Assembly (NCBI GenBank): GCA_044892525.1
Contig: CM097885.1
Location: forward strand, 29,202,001 to 29,266,000
Length of the DNA: 64,000 bases
Source of the DNA: Schmidtea polychroa
Lineage: Eukaryota
Reading direction: 5' to 3'
Positions 43,953 to 54,063 of the stretch are shown piece by piece. The translations under genes and the position numbers were made by a program. Each line of letters opens with the position of its first letter. The first letter of the stretch is position 1. The notes below the pieces were generated by a model that made no database searches, was not told where the DNA came from, and worked only from the letters and a program-made list of their open reading frames with translations.

Positions 43953-44692
43953 TTACGACTGGCTGGCACTATTCAACAGCTCAATCTTCTTCCTTCTGAT
44001 CGGTTGGACTATTCAACAACTCGATCTTACGACTGGCTGGCACTATTCAACAGCTCAATCTTCCTCCTTCCTGATCGGTTGGACTTTTCACAACTCGACC
44101 TTACGACTGGCTGGCACTATTCAACAGCTCAATCTTCCTCCTTCCTGATCGGTTGGACTTTTCACAACCCGACCTTACGACTGGCTGGCACTATTCAACA
44201 GCTCAATCTTCTTCCTTCTGATCGGTTGGACTATTCAACAACTCGATCTTACGACTGGCTGGCACTATTCAACAGCTCAATCTTCCTCCTTCTTGATCGG
44301 TTGGACTTTTCACAACTCGACCTTACGACTGGCTGGCACTATTCAACAGCTCAATCTTCCTCCTTCTTGATCGGTTGGACTTTTCACAACTCGACCTTAC
44401 GACTGGCTGGCACTATTCAACAGCTCAATCTTCCTCCTTCTTGATCGGTTGGACTTTTCACAACTCGACCTTACGACTGGCTGGCACTATTCAACAGCTC
44501 AATCTTCCTCCTTCTTGATCGGTTGGACTTTTCACAACTCGACCTTACGACTGGCTGGCACTATTCAACAGCTCAATCTTCCTCCTTCCTGATCGGTTGG
44601 ACTTTTCACAACTCGACCTTACGACTGGCTGGCACTATTCAACAGCTCAGTCTTCCTCCTTGACCGGCTGGATTATTCGACAGCTCGGCTTC
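43953..44692. repeat. Tandem array of about 10 x 74-bp units in the element leader
   Basis: TTACGACTGG recurs at 43953, 44027, 44101, 44175, 44249, 44323, 44397, 44471, 44545 and 44619. The last unit is degenerate. Confidence 0.97.
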
Positions 44693-45267
44693 AATATTCC
44701 TCGCTCTGCATGCTTCTATTTCTCTTTTCTTCTTTTACTCTAGTTTACCATTTTCTCTGTCTACTTTTAATTTGTCGACTTAATCTTTACCGCTTGGGAG
44801 TGTTTCCCCTTTCCCCCCTTGCTCAAAACGCACGACGATCGCGATGATCCATTTCTACATTGGCATGGTGATCAGTCATGTCGCAAAAACTTCTCATCAT
44901 ATGCGATGGTACCCCGCCCTACGCTTCTTACTTGGGTTGATCAGTTATCCCCTCCCAACGGGTTCTTGCAATAAGACGTACCGCCCGAAGGTGGCTCGGT
45001 TTGTACCCCTGCAGTCTATATTGGGACTAATTCCACGTTATTCAACCCTCTCTTCATTTGATTCCGAAGAAAAAGAATAAAACAAAACAAACACGCAAAT
45101 ATTCATTCGTCATGCAAATTTTATTAGTCCTAATCATCAAAACTTTTTAAAGACGAATTTATTTATCATAAACATAAAGATTGAATCATTAACAGTACGT
45201 GTTACTTCAACAATTTCATGCATTCTTGTTCAAACATCGTATACTTGCTGTTACATCGCCGGCCGTT

Positions 45268-45753
45268 TCATTCGCCATAATAGACCATATGGGTCTCTTT
45301 TATTTCATATTTGCACATCGTGCATCTTTTTAGGTCTTTTACACACTCTTCACAGTGACTGAGGTGTCCACACGGTAAGAATAATACGCGAATAGGACGG
45401 AGTTTGCAGGCTATACAAGTTCGTAATTGGTTAACTTTTTCCTGTATTTTTTGTTCGATTGCATCTGGTATTGTATTTAGTGAGTCTTTTAGACGCTGAT
45501 AATCTAGATTTAATGTTGGGTGGTTCAATCTCTCTTGATACCACTGATATACGGTTTCGGGGTTTATTTTTCCATCTGGGCGACTTAGGCCTGTGGCTAA
45601 TATCATATGATTAGGTACGACTGGTGTTTGTCCGATTGCTTGTAGTAATATCGCGTTGATTTTTTCTCTTTTATGCGTCAGTGTTGTTAGGGAGTCGTTT
45701 TCTATATCGATAAACTTGAGCAGTTGTTGCATTTGGTTCGCGAATTCTGTCAT
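45268..45753 (-). CDS. 161-aa protein with an IAP-type C-terminal RING (no BIR domain), upstream of gag
   Basis: EQKIQEKVNQLRTCIACKLRPIRVLFLPCGHLSHCEECVKDLKRCTMCKYEI matches the IAP RING pattern. Strong acceptor TTACTTTTCCAACAG|CT-ATG, and AATAAA at 45120-45125 followed by a GT/T-rich tract. Confidence 0.85.
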   Translation of the reverse strand: MTEFANQMQQLLKFIDIENDSLTTLTHKREKINAILLQAIGQTPVVPNHMILATGLSRPDGKINPETVYQWYQERLNHPTLNLDYQRLKDSLNTIPDAIEQKIQEKVNQLRTCIACKLRPIRVLFLPCGHLSHCEECVKDLKRCTMCKYEIKETHMVYYGE

Positions 45754-46070
45754 AGCTGTTGGAAAAGTAATGTTTTAATAATATGTAGTAAATTAATAGT
45801 TAATTCGTTAATTGGTTTCTTTAACCATTGTTAATTATTTAATTTGACTACTTTATCTCCTTTATTTATATATATCCTTAATTTTTCTATTATCTACATT
45901 TTGCTTTTCTCTACTTAGTTCCTAATATAATTTAATAATCAATAGTCAATTTGCATTCGTCAAGCAATGGTCGGTCGAAAACAGAAAATCGATGTGATAA
46001 ATCCCTTTAATTTTTTATGAAAATCCCGGTGAATTTCGCATTCGTTAATAGAAATTTCAATCGACTGTAG

Positions 46071-46088
46071 ATCCCGGCTGAGCCCCCA
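46071..46088 (-). promoter_or_regulatory. Primer-binding site complementary to the 3' end of tRNA-Pro
   Basis: TGGGGGCTCAGCCGGGAT, 16/18 identical to the MLV tRNA-Pro PBS (TGGGGGCTCGTCCGGGAT), located 7 nt inside the 5' LTR boundary. Confidence 0.9.
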
Positions 46089-46629
46089 AAAATCATGTTG
46101 GGGTTACACCTCGGCTGACCACTCTACCATGTTGACGGGTCTAAGGGTTGATTGTCCATCTCGAATAAAAGGTGCCACCGATTTGTCAACCTGGAGTGAA
46201 ACCCCACATAACTTTCTTCCAACATAGTGCCCGTGAATCACTTCACGTTGGTACTGCACTATGCAGGCGAGACGCCAGCAAGCAGGTGAGCTTCTGCCTT
46301 AAAACTACTCCTTGCTGAGGCCTCGACTTCCCATTCACGACTGCCGATAGAAGGGCTTACGTCCATTTCCTTACACAACCGCTTATCGGGATTCGCTGAA
46401 TGCAAATTGGGAATTTCTCACTAGATCTTGCGGGTTCTCTACTCGACCCACTTAATTAAAGTCTAATTATTCATGAACGAAGACGTGTAAGACAACAAGA
46501 TTTATTAATTTCAATGTTATGACACAAGGATTCAGCTGTACACTTTACTAACGTTTGTCGAAAGAAGAGAAAACATCATAATCAACATAGATCGGATCCT
46601 TGTTCCTCATCCTGACCGCCACTGGGATT

Positions 46630-47418
46630 TTATTGTTTCTCCCATTCAGTGTCGGCGAATAATTCGTCGAGGTTGAAAAACTCGGAAGCGTTCTCTTCCC
46701 ACCTTACGCCAGCGGCTGATATGATTCGTGCCGAGGGTCCCGTTGTTAGGTCGATGGACACGTGAGAGTTGCCACCGCTGGTTGAGTCCTCTATTGCTGG
46801 GATGTTTGGCTTTGTAGTAGCGCGCTCGCGCTGTCTCTTCTTGCGCTCTGCACGAGAGAGTTGTTTTCGCTTGGGTTTGCTTGAAGATGCCACTTGCAGA
46901 AGGGTGACTGATACGGATGGACTAGCAGTGGGGGGCTTACTGGTACCCGTGATGACAACATCTGGTCGCTTGGGGGACAATTCGGTTTCGACGCAGTCTC
47001 GGCACGGTCTCTTGAATGGTGGAGATGGATTCGAGGAAAGGTTGTGATGAGGCGGAAAGATGTCATCGGCCTCTCGGATGGGAATTTGCACTATTTTCCG
47101 GGTTGTAGCCGCCTGCACGTAAACCTTATGCAGTGCCTCGGATTGTTCTCTGATTAGACTTCTTTGGGCACGGCTCTCAGATATTAGCGCGTCCCGGCAA
47201 TGCTCACTACGATCGAGCTTCTTTTGGATCTCTTTCATCCGAGCGGGACTAAACCATGTCCCTTCCAGCTCGTCTATCTTCCTCTTGTAACGTCCAATCT
47301 GAGTTTGTAGGTCCTTTATCACCGTATTTTTATCCGCGCACGAGAAGCACGGCCGTAATGCTGATTTAGTGGTTGGTAGCATGCTTGCTATAAATAATAC
47401 TAATGAAATGTAGAACAT
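46630..47418 (-). CDS. LTR-encoded protein, 5' LTR copy (likely start 47382)
   Basis: Same translation as 20450-21238. Acceptor TAG at 47388-47389; the stop codon overlaps an AATAAA. Confidence 0.75.
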   Translation of the reverse strand: MFYISLVLFIASMLPTTKSALRPCFSCADKNTVIKDLQTQIGRYKRKIDELEGTWFSPARMKEIQKKLDRSEHCRDALISESRAQRSLIREQSEALHKVYVQAATTRKIVQIPIREADDIFPPHHNLSSNPSPPFKRPCRDCVETELSPKRPDVVITGTSKPPTASPSVSVTLLQVASSSKPKRKQLSRAERKKRQRERATTKPNIPAIEDSTSGGNSHVSIDLTTGPSARIISAAGVRWEENASEFFNLDELFADTEWEKQ

Positions 47419-49544
47419 ACGATTTTAGAATAAATTAGATACGACCTACGGCCATTCGTGGATGCTTGACCGACGAAAAAAAAAAAAGAAAACTTATTCT
47501 ACAATCCGGTTTTACCACGGATCTTATTTGTTGAAACAATTTATTTGACCAAATGCCATCGGTTTGACGCATGCTATTAACTTTGACTCTCTATTGATCT
47601 AACTGTATACATGAGGGGCGTAATAATTAATAGGGGGTAAATATAATATTGGTGAAACACTATAATAATGCTTTAGTAGAGGGACATTATAGTATGCGAC
47701 TACACCTTGCTATAAATTATCTATTTAAATTTATTGCAAACAAATTACTATCGCTATTCTCAACATATTTTTTGATTCGAAATTTGTTATTGGAAGTGCA
47801 CTTTTAATTCGGTAGTGAATGTGATTATCTATATTGTCTACCATTTGTCTGAGAATATGTGATGAGTTTACATCAGCCATTACTTGAACCCCCTAATGGG
47901 ATATCTCATCGGTCATAACACATGTCCAAATTTACGGATACTACTGTCGACTAGTTGATTACATTATCGACCTATTGTGAATGTCACGTGTCGCGACTAT
48001 TATGTATGCTAGTCTGATATTTTGTGCTCTCACCACATGGATTCGCGTATGGCTACTATCTTATCTCACTCACTTGGTGTATGCCATTTTCACGGTGATT
48101 TTATCGATCCTGCTGTCGTATGATTTTCTCTGCACAGTGATTTATTTGAGTTATGATTTATGCTACCGCCAGTTCTCATCGCGGAATTTTACCCTTATCA
48201 ACTTGTGTGAATGATCACCATCGTTTGGAAATTTATTGGATCTTTTCAGTGATCGTCGAGGGAATAATTCTACCAAATATTGGAGCATATTACTACTCTC
48301 GTCATTCTACTCGGATTTTCCTATTCAGATGTAATGCCGTCTCGATGAAACCTGCCCTTAGCCATTCGAAATTTTCCCTCAGGTTCAATAATTTGGATAT
48401 ATACAGTGATGACCTGGCTCTTATTGTAGAAATAAATGTTATTAATTAAATTTGGTAATATTTTACCTGTTTATAATTTTTGAAATAACTAAGTCTATAA
48501 AAACTTTCTGATTATAATACTAGAGAGGTTTTCGTAGAATCTCGCATTTTATAGTTTCGAGTTAGTTAAAGTTTTTAGAATACTTTCGTAACTTGACATA
48601 CAATCTGGACAGGTTAGATGACATTGGGTCTATGATAACGGAATTTCATACGAAATTAGTTCTACTGAGTCCGGCAAATAGACGTTGTCGCAATTAATTT
48701 GATAAAACCATGTTTCCAGATGAAGTGTACTATGAGATGTTGTTATTTTTGACGAAGTTCACTAAATCGTGGTCTGGATCTCTTTTTTCAATAGGGGTAA
48801 GATTTACGAAAACGACTTGACGAAAGAAAAAGGAATGCGACGCCCTCAGTCACTGTGCAAATCCTTGAAAATCCCTTCATTCGTACGACTATCTTTGTGA
48901 AATCATTGTCTACCGGTTATTTTTTATCCATACCCCATTGTGATAATTTAGTCGCATCTTCAGCGATAGGACCCGTGAAGAAGCCTTCACATTTCGGCCC
49001 AATCTAGCTGCGTGATTGAAATACTCCATGTCCACCGGCTGAGCTCCCGAAGGCACCTCATACCATGACATGGAGTATCTCAACTCCACGTTACTCGTTA
49101 AATGGAAATTCATAAAATCTTTAATTCAAATAAAATACGGACATCTGGATAAAAATATTTTATTGATTCTGAAATACTTAAATAATACAAATTCCATCAA
49201 TACGTTAAAGTTATTAAAATGGAGAATCAAATGAAGAGAGCTAACTAAAATATTTAATCGTTAATATTTAACATTACTATTAGCTTTGCAAATACTTAAA
49301 TAAATCTATAAACAAATGAAATACCCCTTACTATTGTTTAGGCTGAGTCAAAATTCAATGTTGTTCGTTCCAAATAGTTTGAATGGTGGTCCGTTGGATG
49401 TCGATTATTGTGATGAATGGTATTTCGGTCTCTGAACTGGTTTTGAATAGTCGTGGAGTTTTCTGAATGACGGTTGCTTGGCTAGTAGTGTCGATCCTAT
49501 GAAATGCTCGGGGTTAACAGTAAAAACAGTAAACATTTTTCTTA

Positions 49545-49630
49545 CCTATGAAATGCTCGGGGTTAACAGTAAATTTAATGTTTTTGGTAGTTGTATATAT
49601 ATCAAATTCTTATTTGTGCGGACCAATCAG
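49545..49630 (-). promoter_or_regulatory. Putative LTR core promoter (CCAAT and TATA-like) and first splice donor
   Basis: A CCAAT box at about 49623-49627 lies about 25 nt upstream of a TATATATAC tract (minus strand). CATAG|GTAAGA donor at 49545. The same arrangement occurs in the 3' LTR (23365-23450). Confidence 0.5.
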
Positions 49631-49964
49631 AGTTGAGTACCGCTTATTTCTATTAATTTAATATAATTTTCTTGTTTTTAGGTTGTTTTTTCCTTATTTT
49701 CTTTATTTTTAATATGTTTTTCTATTTATTTCCTTAATTTCCTTATTATTTCTTGAATTCCTCTTTATTTATTTGTCAACTTGTTCTATTTTAATCTTTT
49801 CTTAATTTTATTTTTTGTTTTAATTCTTATGTCTTAATTATTATTTTCCTTATATCTTATTCTATTTTATTTCTGATTTTATTTATTTTATTATTATTTT
49901 TCTTAATGTTCTACTTCCCTACTTTCTTATTTCTCAACGATTAAATTCTCGACTCAGCCCAACA

Positions 49965-50160
49965 CCGGCATGATCCTGTAAGAAGGTGGAGCTGTTGCTA
50001 CTCGAGTTGGATCTGGCCTGGGCTTGGTGGACAGCAGGCTGCAAACAGTACGGCTTCGACAGTAGCTAGTTCGTCTCTTTTCCACTTGGATCGCTCCACG
50101 CGCGTGAGACGCTTTCGTTCCGATCGGACAACGAGAATTCTCTTCTCCTGTTATAATTAA
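49965..50160 (-). mobile_element. Older diverged LTR, right part (continuation of 19303-19915)
   Basis: Encodes ERKRLTRVERSKWKRDELAT, similar to KRKQLSRAERKKRQRERAT in the young LTR ORF, at an equivalent distance from the LTR end (about 730 vs 750 nt). Confidence 0.6.
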
Positions 50161-51304
50161 GGGTTGTACATTTATCTGCTCAACCTATGCATTCAGATTC
50201 CAGTGACTCAAAAGCAAATTCATCTGTGCTGTTGACTTCGGTCACTGAATCTGAATCAATCAGAATATAAAAATAGTTAAAGGATATTAATTGGATAAAA
50301 TAACAAAAACCAAATAAACACTGGATGGTTGAAGATTCAATTGCGTGGTACGAGTCTTTCCTATATGCACCTGATATACGTTACACTCTAAATCTAACTC
50401 ATATTTCCAAAATATATTGCATTTCAAAATCCTAATTTTCCACCTGACCATATTTTTTAAGAAGTGATTTTATAATGTTTCACAACTAGAAACATTTTTA
50501 CCATCATAATTGAATTTCTCATCTGTAATAGAACTTCTAAACAACTTTTAAAAATCTTAATCGCTCTGTGCAACCACTTCTCTTGCCATGATAAAGTAGC
50601 ATCCACTCATTATGTACAGATTATAACAATCTTTGCATTAATTTTTCAAAAATAAATCATGCTCCAAAATAAATTTAATACTTTTTGACAATTATATTAA
50701 TTTTTTCATGTTTTTTATTATCCGATTTAATAATTAAAATTCTTATAAAAATTTATGACATATATTTTCGCTTGAAGCTTCCGTCATTTAATTTAAATCC
50801 ATCTTTAAATTTCGCAGCAAAAATCTTGAAACTAACAATATATATTTAATCAAAGAATTTATAAATAACAACTTTTAATTAATTCACAAAAACCGCCAAT
50901 TCCAAATTATTTAAACAAAAAGATATCTAACTATTTATATTTTTAACAATTTTTTCATTGTAAATTATTTTTAACTATATAATAAAAAATATTTTAAGCT
51001 TCTAATATAATTAATTTTGCTTTGTTTAAATAGTCTCCATGATAATTTAAATTTAAGTAATCAAGATTTTGATAATTTTCTGTGAAAATTCAGAAACTAC
51101 CTTATAAGGTTATATTTGCATGCTTAACAATATTATTTGCTTATTTTTTACAGAAATATATCTTTTAGAGTAGATACAATTTTCGAAATAAATCAGTTTT
51201 AAATTCATTGAATTTGAGGTATATTTTATAATTATAAAACTTCAGATTTTATGCTCAGTTATTTAACAAAGTCGTTTAAAAGTAAAACATACCAGTCATT
51301 TTTC

Positions 51305-52642
51305 ATGTCATATGTTGTTATTGGAAATAATAAAAAATTAGGATTTTATGATGTAATTATTTCTAACAAATATTTTAAACTTTATTGTTGTTTAGTCACT
51401 ATCGTTAAATATTTCTAATGAATTGGAAAATCGAGTTGATATAGTTCAAAATACTGATGGTAATGTTCTTGTTTCACCAAGTTCTAGTGAAAATTCCATA
51501 TTATTGCGAGTATGAATTTTGAATGATATTTTGTAATTTTAACTTTTAAATTTACTATTATTTATAAATAAAATCAATAATCACTTTTTAATATTCATAA
51601 TGAAAATTCTTTGTCACTTTGGGGTTTTTATTTCGATTTATTTTAATACGAAAATGAAAGGTTAATTCTCTTAGTGTTGCAAAATTTATGCAACGTTATA
51701 ATAATTGGTAAAATAAGGGCTGTAAACCGAGGGTTTTGTGGGATATATATATATATATCCCAAGTTACTTGTATTACAAATCTCCATTGCATTTTATAAT
51801 CCATTAAAAAATCAGGTTTACCGGTACGCCATCAAATTTTTTACAACGTACCGGTACGGAACTATGAAAATGTTGTGAACCCCTTTATTAAAGGCTTTTA
51901 GTCTCATCAAGATATACAATTCAAAGGAAATGTAATTTTTCAGAATTTTCTCGATATTTAATTTGAATTAGCTCCGATCTAAATAATATTTTGAAAATTA
52001 TTAATTAAAATTAGCTTAAGAGATTATTAGAATAAATTAGAATGAATTATAGAGACCCAGTTTTTGTCCATTTGCTACATTAACGACAATGAGTAACTCT
52101 AATCTTCAACCTTTAAAATCACAATGGATAGCAGTTGCATCGGTTGCAATCCTTCAGAGCAATGATGGTTTGATTTTGTTGACTAGACGAGCATCTCATC
52201 TCAGAACATTTCCAAATGTTTGGGTAGCAGCTGGTGGACATGTTGATACAAACGAAGATCTAGAAGTTACCTTTTATCCCACTTTTTGTGTATATCATAA
52301 TTTTTAAAGGATACTGCATTGCGTGAACTTATGGAAGAAACAGGTCTTCAATTGTCTCGGAATGATTTGGACATTACCCTTCTTTGCGCTTGGGAAAGCA
52401 CTTATCCAACTATTTTAGATTTGGGAATGCCTAAATCTCATCATTTAGTTCTTTATTTTAAAATAGTTATAAAAGGCAAGAATTATAACTTGGAGAAATT
52501 GATGGTTAATGTCGACGAAGTCCAGGAATACTGCTGGTTAGATAAAAATAAAGTCACCGCCATAGTTCAATCGTTTCCCGATCCACTGGACATGAGTTTT
52601 TCTAAGGATATCAATGTAAAAATAGACGAGAATTTCGAGTAA
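51305..52642 (+). CDS. NUDT17: Nudix hydrolase, NUDT17-like (exons 51305-51352, 51396-51509, 52053-52265, 52310-about 52640; 3' end uncertain)
   Basis: GT-AG introns join RPSFCPF, VAILQS..LLTRR, GGHVD..E.LE|DTALRELMEETG (Nudix box) and LCAWESTYP..L..G.PKSHHLVLYF, which are hallmarks of NUDT17. Confidence 0.85.
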
Positions 52643-52672
52643 TATTTTATTTTGATTTTTATCAATAGTTTT

Positions 52673-53762
52673 GGTACTTCCGTGTTATCTTACCCCCAAA
52701 AATTAAATTAAAAAAGAACACAATTATTATATTTATTTTCTAAATCACAGTTACAAACTCAGCAAATGTTTGTAAAGAGTTTGTAAATGGTCATCCAGGT
52801 GGCCAGAAAACCACAACGTCGTTGAGAATAGTGTCGGACACATCGGCACTGTTGCTTAGAACACGTTTGCGCCACATAAACTCGCACATGTTCGAGTCAA
52901 TCATCTGTCTATGAGTTACATTTTGTCGTTTGTTCCTTTCCTTTGCCGCCCTCCACGTTCTCTCAATTGTCTGTGTGTGGGCACCGGTAACAGGGTTTAA
53001 AAAATTTTGTGAATGGTTAACTGTGCTGTGTGTGTAACCTCGTCCTGGTATCTCAGCAATTCCAGCGTACGCCCTCCACTCGTCTGATACGATGTTACTC
53101 CCTGGTGCAATAGACTAAGTTATTATTGGCATCAAAGTAGCTGAAAGTTCGATCTGGGACAGTGTACAAAAAACAATCACCAGTTTCTTTACAGATACCA
53201 CCAAAAACCCATTGTTGGGGAAACACACGACCGACTTGGTTTTTGCGCCGTGAAAATAAACTTTCATCTATTTCAACTGTTGTGTTAGGACCTCCAATTA
53301 TCATTGGATTAACCAGTAATGTATTTGCACAGACCTCACGGAGATACATGTTCCAGTCAACGACACTGCTTTCGCCAATATCTAGTTCATTTTCGCAGAA
53401 ATTAATACTTGTCAACTGCTTTGACCAACAATAAATGAACAGTACAATTTGTCTGAAAGGCAATTTGGAGCCTTGTAGTCATGTTCCTCGTCGAACTTGT
53501 ACATCTTCCCGGTATTCACGTCGTATTCAGCGGTCGTGATGGCCATTAAGTGACAAAGTCATGGCGTGATTATTGCTACAAATACGCGGGTTGTGCAAAA
53601 TTCCATGTTGCTGCAAAAACTGCACAGCACTGGCTTTGTCGTTTACTAACGCTGATAGCCTTAATAAATTCATGTTCAATAATGTATTCTCTCATTTTTA
53701 TATTGTTATTTTAATTGTATTTTATAATTTAATTTTTGGGGGTAAGATAACACGGAAGTACC
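52673..53762 (-). mobile_element. Merlin (IS1595/ISXO2-like) DNA transposon, 1,090 bp, with pseudogenised transposase (about 52791-53673)
   Basis: Perfect 38-bp TIR starting GGTACTTCCGTG and 8-bp TSD ATAGTTTT. Motifs VEIDESLF, WVFGG, VSDEWRAY, TVNHS.NF and HTQTIE are present, with a frameshift and an in-frame stop near 53110-53150. Confidence 0.92.
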
Positions 53763-54063
53763 ATAGTTTTAAGCAAAAAAATAACGTTAAATTCCTGGAA
53801 AATACGAATCTTATAAAAATATATATTTTAAATTTAACCCTTAATTACATTGTGTAGCAAATTTGCAACATACCAGCATTTCGCCTAAAATCAATAAGAT
53901 CTAACCATTTCATAGTGTTGCTTGTCAGCTACAAAGCTGTTTAACGGATTTTAAATTTTACATTAGATTTTTTAAATTATTTTTATAATTATCTATTTAG
54001 TCAAAGGAACGTTATTTTATTTTATTCAAAATAAATAAAAAAAATGCTATTAAGGGTTAAAAT

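Larger units (their letters stand above)
19916..49964 (-). mobile_element. Giant (30,049 bp) env-bearing Ty3/Gypsy LTR retrotransposon, Burro-like, apparently full-length
   Basis: Two 3,869-bp direct LTRs at an offset of 26,180, with TGTTGGG...CCCAACA termini and a 4-bp TSD CCGG (19912-19915 and 49965-49968). PBS present. Domain order PR-RT-RH-INT is gypsy-type. Confidence 0.97.
46096..49964 (-). repeat. 5' LTR (3,869 bp)
   Basis: Direct repeat of 19916-23784, followed on the minus strand by the PBS. Confidence 0.97.

Noticed and set aside
43953-44692. CRISPR-like array, or the 146-aa plus-strand ORF at 44004-44444
   Set aside because: The units are contiguous with no unique spacers and the context is eukaryotic. 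The ORF is a by-product of a 74-bp period cycling through frames.
45268-46070. Full-length IAP with BIR domains
   Set aside because: No CxxC...H...C BIR motif was seen in or upstream of the ORF before the PBS.
46071-46088. tRNA gene
   Set aside because: Only the 18 nt matching a tRNA 3' end including CCA is present, next to the LTR. It is a PBS.
47383-47418. Signal peptide MFYISLVLFIAS on the LTR ORF
   Set aside because: The segment coincides with a T-rich splice-acceptor tract. The protein more plausibly starts at the next Met and has an NLS-like motif.
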